Shown piece after piece: positions 9,960 through 20,508 of a stretch of 64,000 nt of DNA. Where the stretch lies: NCBI GenBank assembly GCA_036375455.1, contig DASURV010000077.1, forward strand, positions 10,367-74,366, read 5' to 3'. The notes beneath the pieces were generated by a model. The model saw only the letters and a program-made list of their open reading frames with translations, was not told the origin of the DNA and ran no database searches. Source of the DNA: Casimicrobiaceae bacterium. Its GTDB lineage: Bacteria > Pseudomonadota > Gammaproteobacteria > Burkholderiales > Casimicrobiaceae. The first letter of the stretch is position 1; every line of letters starts with the position of its first letter. Made by a program: the position numbers and the translations under genes.

Positions 9960-12187
9960 AGCGGCAGGATGGCGACGGACGCCGCGTCCCCGAAGACCTG
10001 CGCGTCGACGTTCAGCATCGCGCGCACCGCGAACGTCCCGGGCCGCTCCTCGTCGATGCGCACCTGCCGGTAGCCCTCCAGCGGATGCGCCGGCCGGCCG
10101 AAGATCCACACCGCGTCGAGCGGATGGTCGGCGTTGATCTCGCCGGTGTGCTGGACGGCGCGCCCGAGCGGCAGCACGTGGCCTTCCCGTCCGAACACCG
10201 GGAACTGGTCGAGCTTCGCCGCGTACCGCAGCACCTGCGATCCGGGGTAGCGCGCGCGGGTGTTGAGGTCGTACCACGCGCCGGGCGGCAACGCGATGTC
10301 GACTTCCCCGCCTTCGTGCAGGATCGGCGCGACCAGCAGCGTGTCCCCGCACATGAATTGCGTCTCGAAGTCGCGCACGAGCCGGCTGTCCGGGAACGCG
10401 AGCGGCATCGCGCGCGCAACCGGCATGCCCGTGCGCATCGCCTGCGCGATGACCTGCTCGAGATAAGGGATCAGCCGGTAGCGCAGCGCGAGCCACTTGC
10501 GCGCGATCCCTTCGGCCTCGGCGCCGAATGCCCACGGCTCCCGCGCGCCGATGCCGTGCAGGCGCATGTGCGAGAAGAACACGGCCGCCTGCAGCCAGCG
10601 GACGTACAGCTCGGGCGAAGGCTGCGCCGAGCCGTACAGGCCGCCGATGTCGGAGCTGTGATACGGATTGCCGCTCATGCCCCAGGACAGCCCGCCGCGT
10701 ATCGAGGCGGCGAGGCCCTCCCAGTCGCTTTGCGGGTCGCCGCCCCAGCCGAGCGGATAGCGCTGGCTGCCGGCCCACGCGGCGCGGCTCCAGACGATCG
10801 GAGGACCGTCGTGCGGCGACTGGAAGCGCGCGGTCGCCTCGAACACGCAGCGGTTGTAGAGCAGCGGATAGACGTTGTGCAGGCGCGCGCCGCTGTCGCC
10901 GTTGAACGCGACCGCGTCGTCGGGGACCTGCTCGCCGAAATCGCTCTCGACGACGTCGACGCCATCCTCGAACAGCGGCCCGTGCGCATCGCGCCACCAC
11001 GCGAACGCGTCGGGATTGGTGAAGTCGACGATGCCGCTTTCCGGCAACGCCGTCTGCAATCCGCCGAGCGCCGACGTCCCGGGCGCCGCGTCCCACGAGA
11101 AGACGTACGGGTCGCCCTGCTGCGTCGTGAGCAGGTATTGCTGCGATGCAAGCTCCTGGAACAGCGGCGAGTCGACCGACACGTACGGATACTCCCAGAC
11201 GCACACGCGCAGGTGGTGCGCCTTGATCTTCGCGAGGGCGCCGGCCGGATCCTCGTAGCGTTCCGCGTCCCACGTGAAATCGAATTGCGTCGCGACGTCC
11301 CATGCGGCCCGGCCGTCGAGCGTCAGCACGTCCGCCGGAATCTTGCGTTCGCGCAGCCGCGCCGCGACGGCGATCGCCTCGTCGGGCGTCGCGTAGGAGG
11401 CGCGCGACACCCACAGGCCGAGGCTCCAGCGCGGCACGCCGGCGGGCCGGCCGGTAATCTGCGTGTAGAGATCGAGGATCGCCGCGGGCGTCTCGCCGGC
11501 GAACAGGAACAGGTCGAGCGCCTCGTCCTCGACCATCACCGCGTAGCTGCGGTGCGACCAGTCCGGATGGCCGACGCCGTGCGTGACCATCCCGGGCGTG
11601 TGGACCAACGTGCCCCACGCGCCCTTGCCGCTGCCGCAACTCCACGCGAACGGCGTGTTCTTGTAGGCGAGCTCCGTGTTGACGCCGAGCGCATCCTGCA
11701 CCTGCGAATGGATCAGCTCGCCGCGCTTGTCGAGCGGGCCGAACTTCTCGCCGAGCCCGTACACCGCCTCGCCGGTCGCGAGCGCGAACGCCGCGGACCA
11801 CAGGCCGCCCTGACGCAGCCGCCCGAACGTCGGCAGCCGCGTCCAGCCGCGGATATGCTCGTCGGTGATCGACCGCAGCACGACGTGATCCTTCCACAGC
11901 AGGCGCAGTCGCAGCGGCGAGCCGCCGATCTCGAGCGTCGCGTCGCCGGCGGTGAACGTCCACGTTCCGGGCAACCGCTGCGCGACGGTGCAGTTGCGGG
12001 CGCGCGCGACGAGAATCCCGTAGTCGGGGCGCGTATGCGGGCCGACGCGCAGGCGGAACGCCCCGGCGCCGTAGCACTCGACATCGAGGATGTCGCCGCT
12101 CGAGGTCGCGAACGACGCGCCGGCGGCGGTCGCGCCCAGGCAGTGCGGAACGTCGAGGCGCAGGTAGTCGTCGGATTCGAGCTGCAT
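9956..12187 (-). CDS. Glycoside hydrolase family 31, alpha-xylosidase (YicI)-like
   Basis: YGLGEKF, AYKNTPF, SDFGE nucleophile motif, WGGD acid/base, SDIGG, RLHG, REPW. Confidence 0.85.
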   Translation of the reverse strand: MQLESDDYLRLDVPHCLGATAAGASFATSSGDILDVECYGAGAFRLRVGPHTRPDYGILVARARNCTVAQRLPGTWTFTAGDATLEIGGSPLRLRLLWKDHVVLRSITDEHIRGWTRLPTFGRLRQGGLWSAAFALATGEAVYGLGEKFGPLDKRGELIHSQVQDALGVNTELAYKNTPFAWSCGSGKGAWGTLVHTPGMVTHGVGHPDWSHRSYAVMVEDEALDLFLFAGETPAAILDLYTQITGRPAGVPRWSLGLWVSRASYATPDEAIAVAARLRERKIPADVLTLDGRAAWDVATQFDFTWDAERYEDPAGALAKIKAHHLRVCVWEYPYVSVDSPLFQELASQQYLLTTQQGDPYVFSWDAAPGTSALGGLQTALPESGIVDFTNPDAFAWWRDAHGPLFEDGVDVVESDFGEQVPDDAVAFNGDSGARLHNVYPLLYNRCVFEATARFQSPHDGPPIVWSRAAWAGSQRYPLGWGGDPQSDWEGLAASIRGGLSWGMSGNPYHSSDIGGLYGSAQPSPELYVRWLQAAVFFSHMRLHGIGAREPWAFGAEAEGIARKWLALRYRLIPYLEQVIAQAMRTGMPVARAMPLAFPDSRLVRDFETQFMCGDTLLVAPILHEGGEVDIALPPGAWYDLNTRARYPGSQVLRYAAKLDQFPVFGREGHVLPLGRAVQHTGEINADHPLDAVWIFGRPAHPLEGYRQVRIDEERPGTFAVRAMLNVDAQVFGDAASVAILPL

Positions 12188-12200
12188 CGGGCGGGTCCGT

Positions 12201-13085
12201 TCAGGCGCGAAAGCGCGATTCGGGAAGTCCGGCGACGTCGACGCGCATCGCGAAGATGCCGCCGCTTTGCGGGAGGCGGGCGAGCTCGTCGGCGTCGCGC
12301 ATCTGGCGCGCCGTCGTCACGTAGAGCGTGCGCAGGTCGGGACCGCCGAATGCGCACATCGTCGGACACATCGCCGGCAACCGATGCTCCGCGACGAGGC
12401 TTCCGTCGGGCGCGAGCTGCACGAGCCTGCCGCCGCGGTAGTGCGCGACCCAGTAGTCGCCCGCGCTGTCGACGGCGGCGCCGTCGGGCCGCTCGGTCTC
12501 GCCGCGCCACTGCGCAAACGTGCGCCCGCGGCTCGGCGTGCCGCTCGCCGCGTCGTAATCGAAGGCGCGGACGATGCGCGCCGGCGTGTCGGCGTGGTAC
12601 ATCGTGCGTCCGTCGGGGCTCCATGCGAGGCCGTTGCTGATCGTGATGCCGCCGAAAAGCCGCGTCAGCGTGAGGTCGGGATCGAGCCGGTACAGCGCGG
12701 CGCCGTCGGCGTCGCGCCGCTCGTTCATCGAGCCGACGACGAAGCGGCCCTGCGGGTCGCAGCGGCCGTCGTTGAAACGGTAGTGCGTCGTTTCGTAAGG
12801 CGCCGCCGCGACCTGCCGCTCGAGCATGCCGTTCGCGTCGCAGAGCGAGATGCCGCTGCGCAGCGCCACGGCGAAGCCGCCGCCTTCGCGCAGCGCATAG
12901 CTGCCGATCGCCTCCGGCATCGGCATCGCGGCGTTGCGCCCGCTCGCCGGATCGAACCGGTTGAGCGACGGGGCGTTGATGTCGACCCAGTAGAGGACCT
13001 GCTCGGCGATCGACCACAACGGGCATTCGCCCAGGCTTGCGCGAACGTCGAGCACGCACGAGAACGCAGTGGATGCGGCAGTCAT
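12201..13085 (-). CDS. SMP-30/gluconolactonase family sugar lactonase
   Basis: LGECPLW, RFNDGRCDPQGRF, SNGLAWSPDG, PDGAAVD, AFGGPDLRTLYVT. Confidence 0.92.
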   Translation of the reverse strand: MTAASTAFSCVLDVRASLGECPLWSIAEQVLYWVDINAPSLNRFDPASGRNAAMPMPEAIGSYALREGGGFAVALRSGISLCDANGMLERQVAAAPYETTHYRFNDGRCDPQGRFVVGSMNERRDADGAALYRLDPDLTLTRLFGGITISNGLAWSPDGRTMYHADTPARIVRAFDYDAASGTPSRGRTFAQWRGETERPDGAAVDSAGDYWVAHYRGGRLVQLAPDGSLVAEHRLPAMCPTMCAFGGPDLRTLYVTTARQMRDADELARLPQSGGIFAMRVDVAGLPESRFRA

Positions 13086-14119
13086 CGAGCGATTCGGGAG
13101 CCTGATCCGGCGATGGCAGCCGCGGCAATGCGCATCGTACAAGAAAAGGCGGCACCGGGCGGCAGCACGCGCAAGCCCGTCGCCTGCGCGCCGGCGGCGG
13201 CGCGATTGAAGGCGTCCGTCTCGTGCGTCACCGGCTCGACGGCCGCGAAATCTCCGCCGGACGGCACGTAGACGACGAGGCACGAGCAGGCGCGGTCCGC
13301 CTCGAGCGTCGCGGCGAGGCCCGCCGCAGCCGTCTCGACGCGGGCGAAGCCGCGCCAGCCGGTGAAGACGTTGTCGAGCGCGATCGCGTCGAGCGAACGC
13401 GGCGGGTCGAACCGCCACTCGCCCGCAACGGGTACATGCTGTCGCGGCAACTGCGTGGCGTCGTTGCGCCACACGGCGTCGGCACGAAAGCCGAGATGCG
13501 TCGTCGCATCGCGGGGAAAGAATGGATGCCAGCCAAGTCCGAACGGGAACGCCTCGCCGCCCGTGTTCGCGATCGTCAGCGTGACCGCGAGCGCGATCGT
13601 CGGCGCTTCGCCCGGCAAGTCGCGTTCGGCGAGGTGGAACGTCTGCGTCGCGACGAAGGGCCACGGCCAGGCGCGCGCGCGCTCGCCCTGCGCGTCGTGG
13701 TGCAGCGTGAAGCGGGCATGGCCCTGCGAGGCGCCGGCAACCGACCATGCGCGCTGCCAGCCCACGCCGTGGATCGCGTGCGGGTGCGTGCCGAAATTGC
13801 GCGCGAGCGCGTACTCGCGTCCGCCGAAGCGCAGCCGCGCGCCGCGGATCCGGTTCGAATAGGGAACCAGCGGGTAGCAACTCGTCTGCCGGACGTCGCG
13901 CCCCGCGATCGCGGCCGGCGGTGTGGGCCGCAGCACCGCATGGCCGCCGACGGTGAACGCCGTCACCGCGCAACCCACCTCGGGTGCGATGGCGACGCGT
14001 GCGCTCGGCGCTGCAAGCTCGACGATCGTAGGATCCCCCGCTTCGGTGACGATCGAACGCGCGAGACTATACCGGACCCGATTGCGGGATCTCGCGTCGC
14101 GCGACGCGGCCGGCCGCAT
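13082..14119 (-). CDS. Aldose 1-epimerase (mutarotase) family protein
   Basis: PLVPYSNRI, HAIHG, GLGWHPFF, AVEPVTH; start uncertain. Confidence 0.88.
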   Translation of the reverse strand: MRPAASRDARSRNRVRYSLARSIVTEAGDPTIVELAAPSARVAIAPEVGCAVTAFTVGGHAVLRPTPPAAIAGRDVRQTSCYPLVPYSNRIRGARLRFGGREYALARNFGTHPHAIHGVGWQRAWSVAGASQGHARFTLHHDAQGERARAWPWPFVATQTFHLAERDLPGEAPTIALAVTLTIANTGGEAFPFGLGWHPFFPRDATTHLGFRADAVWRNDATQLPRQHVPVAGEWRFDPPRSLDAIALDNVFTGWRGFARVETAAAGLAATLEADRACSCLVVYVPSGGDFAAVEPVTHETDAFNRAAAGAQATGLRVLPPGAAFSCTMRIAAAAIAGSGSRIAR

Positions 14120-14197
14120 GATCGCGATCGCTATAATGCGCGCTGCAGGGAGGCTCGCACCTCCCTTTTGTTTTGCGCTTTGCGAGGAACTGCGCCC

Positions 14198-14905
14198 GTG
14201 CGCCGCGTCGCTGCCGACCCCGACTTCCGCGCCGGATTCGCCGAAATGGTGCCGGCGTGCGTCGCGATGGCGCCGTTCGGTCTCGTCTGCGGCGTCGGCG
14301 CCGCCGCGGCGGGCGCGTCGGTCCTCGGCGCCCTCGGGCTCTCGGCGATCGTCTTCTCAGGCGCGGCGCAGATTCTCGCCGTGCAGTTGCTGGCGGCGGG
14401 CGCGCCGCTCGCCGTCATCGTCCTCACCTGCTTCGTCGCGGGCCTGCGGTTTCTGATCTACAGCGCGGCGATGGCGCCGTACCTGCGGCCGCTGCCGCCG
14501 CGCTGGCAGCAGGGGCTCGCGTTCCTGCTCACCGACCAGGCGTTCGCCGCTGCGGTGCGCCGCTTCGACGCGGGTGCCGATCCGCACGCGGGCGGCCTGC
14601 ATTTCCTGGGCGGCGGATTCGCGCTGTGGCTGTTCTGGCAGGCGACGAACCTCGGCGGCTATTTCCTCGGCAACCTGATCCCGTCGGGCTGGTCGCTCGA
14701 GTTCGCGGTGCCGCTGTGCTTCATCGCGCTCGTCGCGCCGCAGTTCCGCACGCCGCCTGCAATCGTCGCCGCCGTCGCGGCGGGCGTGGCGGTCGTGGCG
14801 CTCGCGGGCCTGCCGATGAAGCTCAACCTGATCGTCGCGGGCGTGATCGGCATCGTTGCCGGGACGCTCGCCGACTTTGCGCGGGAGCGATGGACGCCAC
14901 GCTGA
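14198..14905 (+). CDS. azlC: AzlC family branched-chain amino acid exporter, large subunit
   Basis: FSGAAQ, LRFLIYSA, FLLTDQAFA; TATAAT at 14132-14137 upstream. Confidence 0.85.
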   Translation: MRRVAADPDFRAGFAEMVPACVAMAPFGLVCGVGAAAAGASVLGALGLSAIVFSGAAQILAVQLLAAGAPLAVIVLTCFVAGLRFLIYSAAMAPYLRPLPPRWQQGLAFLLTDQAFAAAVRRFDAGADPHAGGLHFLGGGFALWLFWQATNLGGYFLGNLIPSGWSLEFAVPLCFIALVAPQFRTPPAIVAAVAAGVAVVALAGLPMKLNLIVAGVIGIVAGTLADFARERWTPR

Positions 14906-15225
14906 AGCTCTGGTCGGTCGTCGCGATCGTCGGCGCGCTGAACTACCTGTCGCGATTGTCGTTCATCGCGCTGTTCGCACGCCGCCACGTCCCGCCGCTG
15001 CTCGTGCGCGCGTTCCGCTACGTGCCGGCGGCGATGCTGACGGCGCTCGTGCTGCCGATGGTGGTCGCGGCGCCCGGCGAGACCGCCTCGAGCGCGTTGC
15101 CGACGATCGTGGCGGCGGCGCTCGCCGGCGTCGTGGCGTTCCGCACCCACAGCACGCCGAAGACGCTCGGCGCAGGCATGCTGGCGTTGTGGGTGCTGCA
15201 GGCCCTGTCCCGGGGTATCGGCTAA
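14890..15225 (+). CDS. azlD: AzlD domain small membrane protein
   Basis: RLSFIALF, RYVPAAMLTAL; overlaps azlC. Confidence 0.82.
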   Translation: MDATLKLWSVVAIVGALNYLSRLSFIALFARRHVPPLLVRAFRYVPAAMLTALVLPMVVAAPGETASSALPTIVAAALAGVVAFRTHSTPKTLGAGMLALWVLQALSRGIG

Positions 15226-15272
15226 CATCGGGCTCTCAGGGCGCCCACCAGGGCATCGCGGAGACCCTACCC

Positions 15273-16115
<843 letters not shown>

Positions 16116-16147
16116 CCGGAACCGGGAAGAGGGTCCGCGGAGTCCGC

Positions 16148-16747
16148 GTGGGCGAGCGATTCATCGAGCCGGTGACGTTGCGCGGCGCCCACGCATCGCT
16201 CGAGCCGCTCGCCGCCGGGCATCTCGACGCGATCCGCGCCGCAGCGGCCGACGGGGCGCTGTGGGAGCTCTGGTACACGTCGGTGCCGGCGCCCGACGCG
16301 ACGCCGCAGTGGCTCGACGCGACGCTCGCGATGCGCGAGCAGCAGGGCGCGATGCCGTTCGCCGTGCGCGACAACGCGAGCGGGGAGGTCGTCGGCAGCA
16401 CGCGCTACTTCAACGTCGACCCGGTCAACCGCCGGCTCGAGATCGGCCACACGTGGTATGCGAAGCGCGCGCAGCGCACGCCGATCAATACCGAGTGCAA
16501 GCTGCTGCTGCTGACGCACGCGTTCGAGGTGCTGCGCTGCATCGCGGTGGAGTTTCGCACGCACTGGTTCAACCACGCGTCGCGCTCGGCGATCGCGCGG
16601 CTCGGCGCGAAGCAGGACGGCGTGCTGCGCAACCACCAGCTCATGCCGGACGGCAGCCGGCGCGACACCGTCGTCTTCAGCATCCTCGACAGCGAATGGC
16701 CGGCGGTGAAGCGGCACCTGCGCTTCCTGCTCGGGCGCCCGCGCTAG
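16148..16747 (+). CDS. GNAT (RimJ/RimL-like) N-acetyltransferase
   Basis: VGSTRY, EIGHTW, NTECKLLLL, RLGAKQDGVLR, RDTVVFSI. Confidence 0.9.
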   Translation: MGERFIEPVTLRGAHASLEPLAAGHLDAIRAAAADGALWELWYTSVPAPDATPQWLDATLAMREQQGAMPFAVRDNASGEVVGSTRYFNVDPVNRRLEIGHTWYAKRAQRTPINTECKLLLLTHAFEVLRCIAVEFRTHWFNHASRSAIARLGAKQDGVLRNHQLMPDGSRRDTVVFSILDSEWPAVKRHLRFLLGRPR

Positions 16748-16775
16748 AACCCGCAAACGACCGCCGGGGACCGGA

Positions 16776-17948
16776 ATGCTCGTCGGCTTCTTCCTCCACC
16801 TCAAGTCGTTCCGGCTGCCGGTGTCGACGCGCGAATTCCTGACGCTGCTCGAGGCGCTCGACGAGCGCGTCGTCAGCGGCTCGCTCGACGACTTCTACGT
16901 GCTCGCCCGCGCGTGCCTCGTGAAGGACGAGCAGCTCTTCGATCGCTTCGACCTCGCGTTCGGTACCTACTTCAAGGGCGTCGACGCGATCTTCGACGTG
17001 CGCGCCGAGATCCCGCAGGAGTGGCTGCGCAAACAGATCGAGCTGCACCTGTCGGACGAGGACCGGCGCGCGATCGAGGCGCTCGGCGGGCTCGACAAGC
17101 TGATGGAGACGTTCCGCCAGCGCCTCGCCGAGCAGCGCGAGCGGCATCAGGGCGGCAGCAAGTGGATCGGCACGGGCGGCACGAGCCCGTTCGGCGCCTA
17201 CGGCTACAACCCGGAGGGCATGCGCGTGGGACCGGAAGGCGGCTCGCGCAGCGCGGTCAAGGTGTGGGACGAGCGCAGCTTTCGCAATCTCGACGGCGAC
17301 GTCGAGCTCAACACGCGCAACATCAAGGTCGCGCTGCGCCGCCTGCGGCGCTTCGCGCGCGAAGGCGTGCCCGAGGAGCTCGACCTCGACGGCACGATCG
17401 CCGGGACGGCGCGCAACGCCGGCTGGCTCGATCTCAAGCTGCAGCCGGAACGGCGCAACCGCATCAAGGTGCTGCTGTTCCTCGACGTCGGCGGCTCGAT
17501 GGATCCGCACGTCGACGCGTGCGAGGAGCTGTTCTCGGCGGCGAGGTCGGAATTCCGCCACCTCGAGCACTTCTATTTCCACAACTGCGTCTACGATTAC
17601 CTGTGGCGGGACGGCGCGCGCCGGCGCAACGAGCGCTATGGCACGCTCGAGCTGCTGCGCACCTACGGGCCCGACTGGAAGGTGATCTTCGTCGGCGACG
17701 CCGCAATGAGCCCGTACGAGTTGACGGCGATCGACGGCAGCTCCGAATACCGCAACCTCGAGCCCGGCCTCACGTGGCTCACGCGGATCTTCGAGCACTT
17801 CCGCAAGGTCGTCTGGTGGAACCCGGAACCGCCTCGGACCTGGGAGTACACGCGTACGACGCAGATGATCCTGCAGGCGCTCGGTCCGCGGATGTTCCCG
17901 CTGACGCTCGACGGCATTGCGCAGGGCATCGACGCGCTGCGCCATTGA
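16776..17948 (+). CDS. vWA domain (CoxE-like) partner of MoxR
   Basis: KWIGTGGTSPFG, DVGGSM MIDAS-like motif, YFHNC, FVGDA. Confidence 0.9.
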   Translation: MLVGFFLHLKSFRLPVSTREFLTLLEALDERVVSGSLDDFYVLARACLVKDEQLFDRFDLAFGTYFKGVDAIFDVRAEIPQEWLRKQIELHLSDEDRRAIEALGGLDKLMETFRQRLAEQRERHQGGSKWIGTGGTSPFGAYGYNPEGMRVGPEGGSRSAVKVWDERSFRNLDGDVELNTRNIKVALRRLRRFAREGVPEELDLDGTIAGTARNAGWLDLKLQPERRNRIKVLLFLDVGGSMDPHVDACEELFSAARSEFRHLEHFYFHNCVYDYLWRDGARRRNERYGTLELLRTYGPDWKVIFVGDAAMSPYELTAIDGSSEYRNLEPGLTWLTRIFEHFRKVVWWNPEPPRTWEYTRTTQMILQALGPRMFPLTLDGIAQGIDALRH

Positions 17949-17985
17949 GGCGCCGCACCGACGCGCGGCTGCGGCGATGCCAGCG

Positions 17986-18873
17986 ATGAACGACGCGCTG
18001 CGCCGCGCGATCGAGCGCGCCGTCGCGCCCGCGGGGGCCGGGCAATGGCGTTGCGTCGGCGCCACCGGATGGGGCGACGCATGGTTGCTGACGACCGCGG
18101 GCGCACGCCATTTCGTCAAGACGGCGGCCGGCCGCCACGCCGACATGCTCGCCTGCGAGGCCGACGGCCTGCGCGCGCTGGCCCACACGCGCACCGTGCG
18201 CGTACCCGCGGTCATCGCGGCCGGGACCGAGGGGACGAGCGCCTACATCGCGCTGGAATGGCTGCAGATGCGGGGAGCGGCGGGCGGCGCGGCGCTCGGG
18301 CGCCTGCTCGCGCGGTTGCATCGCGCAGCGGCGCCGCGGGGACCGCGCGGCGAGCGCTTCGGCTGGCATCGTGACAACTGGATCGGCGGGACGCCGCAGT
18401 CGAACGCGTGGCACGACGACTGGGGCGCCTTCTTCGGCGCGCGCCGGCTCGCGCCGCAGCTTGCGCTCGCGCGAGACAACGGCTTCGACGGCGCGCTCCA
18501 GCGCGACGGCGAGCGCGTGCTGGCGGCGCTGCCCGCGCTGCTGCGGGCGCATGCGCCGGCGCCGTCACTGCTGCACGGCGACCTGTGGTCCGGCAACGCG
18601 GCGACGCTTGCCGACGGCGACTCCGCCGTCTTCGATCCTGCCGTCCACGTCGGAGACCGTGAAGCGGATCTCGCGATGACCGAGCTCTTCGGCGGCTTCG
18701 GCCGCGACTTCCGCCGCGCGTACGAGGAGGCCTGGCCCCTCGACGCCGGCTATCCGCTGCGCCGCGACCTCTACAATCTCTACCACCTGCTCAATCATCT
18801 GAACCTGTTCGGCGCGACCTATCTCGGGCGCGCCGAACAGACGCTGCGCAGGCTCCTGGCGGCATCGCGGTAG
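17986..18873 (+). CDS. Fructosamine/ketosamine-3-kinase family protein
   Basis: FVK, EADGL, FGWHRDNWIG, LLHGDLWSGN, FDPA, EADLAMTELFGGF. Confidence 0.92.
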   Translation: MNDALRRAIERAVAPAGAGQWRCVGATGWGDAWLLTTAGARHFVKTAAGRHADMLACEADGLRALAHTRTVRVPAVIAAGTEGTSAYIALEWLQMRGAAGGAALGRLLARLHRAAAPRGPRGERFGWHRDNWIGGTPQSNAWHDDWGAFFGARRLAPQLALARDNGFDGALQRDGERVLAALPALLRAHAPAPSLLHGDLWSGNAATLADGDSAVFDPAVHVGDREADLAMTELFGGFGRDFRRAYEEAWPLDAGYPLRRDLYNLYHLLNHLNLFGATYLGRAEQTLRRLLAASR

Positions 18874-18889
18874 AGGCCGCGCCGCGAAA

Positions 18890-20371
18890 TCAGCCGACGC
18901 GCACCGGCACGAAGATCTTCTGGCCGTTGCGCTCGATCAGCAGCGCAACGTTCTTGCCCGCCTTGTCGACCTGGTGCCGCAGCCCTTCGACGGTCGTGAC
19001 CTTCGCGGAACCGACGCTGATGATGACGTCGCCCGGCTGGATGCCCGCCAGCGCCGCGGGTCCGTTGACGTCCTCGACGACCAGTCCGCCGTGGCCGATT
19101 TCCTGCCGCTCCTCGGACGTCAGCGGCCGCACGGCGATGCCGAGCTTCTCGTGCGTGAGCGCCGACGAATCCGCGCTCGCGACCTTCGCCGCATTGCCGA
19201 ACGAGCCGATCGTCGCGGTCAGTGTCACCGGCTTGTCTTCGCGCCACACCTCGACGTTCACCTTCGTCCCGGGCGCCATGTTGCCGATGCGGCTCGTGAC
19301 GTCGGTGCTGTCGGCGACCGGGACGTTGTCGATCTTGCGGATGACGTCACCGGTCTTGAACCCCGCCTTGTCGGCCGGGCTGTCCTTCTCGACGGTGCCG
19401 ACGAGCGCGCCGTTCGAATCGGGCAGGCCGAAGCTTTCCGCCAGCGTCTGGTCGAGCCCCTGGATGCCGATGCCGAGGCGACCGTGGCTGACCTTGCCGT
19501 GCTCCTTCAACTGCTGCGCGACGTTGGCCGCGACGTTGGCCGGAATCGCGAACGACAGGCCCATGTAGCCGCCGGAGCGGCTGTAGATCTGCGAGTTCAC
19601 GCCGACCACCTGTCCGGCCGCGTTGAGCAGCGGTCCACCCGAGTTGCCCGGGTTGACGGCGACGTCGGTCTGGATGAACGGCGTCATCTGGCCGCCGGGG
19701 AGCGCGCGATGAACGCCGCTCACGATGCCGGCCGAGACGCTGTTCTCGAAGCCGAACGGCGATCCGATCGCGATCACCCACTCGCCCTGTTTCGCGACCG
19801 GCGGGTTCGAGAGGTCGAGCGCCGGCAGCGGTCTCTTCGCGTCGATCTTGATCAGCGCGATGTCGGTACGCGGGTCGGCGCCGATCACCTTCGCGGTGAA
19901 TTCGCGCCGGTCGGTGAGCTTCACCGTGACCGTCTTCGCGCCGTCGACGACGTGCGCGTTGGTCACGATGTAGCCGTCCGGGCTGACGATGAAGCCCGAA
20001 CCGACACCGCGTGACGGGACCACGCGCGGCTGCATGTTGAAGCCGGGGCCGTTAGGCATGCCGAAGCGCCTGAGGAATTCGTTCAGCGGATTGTCTTCCT
20101 CGTCCTGGTCCAGCCCGGTCGTGCGCGTCGTGCCGACGGTGCTGATGTTGACGACGGCCGGACCGTCGCGATCGACGAGCGCGGTGAAATCCGGGAGCCG
20201 CGCCGCCGCCGTCGAGGCGACCGGCGACGTGACGGCAGGCGGCGTGACCGCCGCGTTGGCGAGCGCGAGCGCCGGCGTGTCGAGCCTGTTGTAGCCGGCG
20301 CCCACCGCCAGGCCGAAGCCCGCGGCCGCAAGCGCCAGCGTGATCTGCTTCATGTGCAATTTCGCTTGCAT
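18890..20371 (-). CDS. DegP/DegQ (HtrA) periplasmic serine protease with two PDZ domains
   Basis: TNAHVV, DIALIK, GNSGGP triad; PDZ domains; GAAGGAG RBS. Confidence 0.95.
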   Translation of the reverse strand: MQAKLHMKQITLALAAAGFGLAVGAGYNRLDTPALALANAAVTPPAVTSPVASTAAARLPDFTALVDRDGPAVVNISTVGTTRTTGLDQDEEDNPLNEFLRRFGMPNGPGFNMQPRVVPSRGVGSGFIVSPDGYIVTNAHVVDGAKTVTVKLTDRREFTAKVIGADPRTDIALIKIDAKRPLPALDLSNPPVAKQGEWVIAIGSPFGFENSVSAGIVSGVHRALPGGQMTPFIQTDVAVNPGNSGGPLLNAAGQVVGVNSQIYSRSGGYMGLSFAIPANVAANVAQQLKEHGKVSHGRLGIGIQGLDQTLAESFGLPDSNGALVGTVEKDSPADKAGFKTGDVIRKIDNVPVADSTDVTSRIGNMAPGTKVNVEVWREDKPVTLTATIGSFGNAAKVASADSSALTHEKLGIAVRPLTSEERQEIGHGGLVVEDVNGPAALAGIQPGDVIISVGSAKVTTVEGLRHQVDKAGKNVALLIERNGQKIFVPVRVG

Positions 20372-20426
20372 CGATGCACTCCTTCGAAGGACGAGAGGCC
20401 TTGCGCAATGCCCGGCCCGCAGCGTC

Positions 20427-20459
20427 AATATACGGACCGCCGCTTAACGGCACCTTAAA
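20427..20459 (-). promoter_or_regulatory. Protease promoter: PmrA/QseB-type direct repeat CTTAA-N6-CTTAA plus -10 TATATT
   Basis: CTTAA at 20443-20447 and 20454-20458; minus-strand TATATT at 20432-20427. Confidence 0.7.
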
Positions 20460-20508
20460 GGCGAGAGAGAGGGGCGATCGACGGGGCGGGGGGCGAGGGG
20501 CGCGCCGA

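Noticed and set aside
9956-14119. Sulfoglycolysis (sulfo-ED) cluster
   Set aside because: GH31 lacks the WMADFGE-type motif of sulfoquinovosidases and no SQ dehydrogenase, dehydratase or aldolase is present
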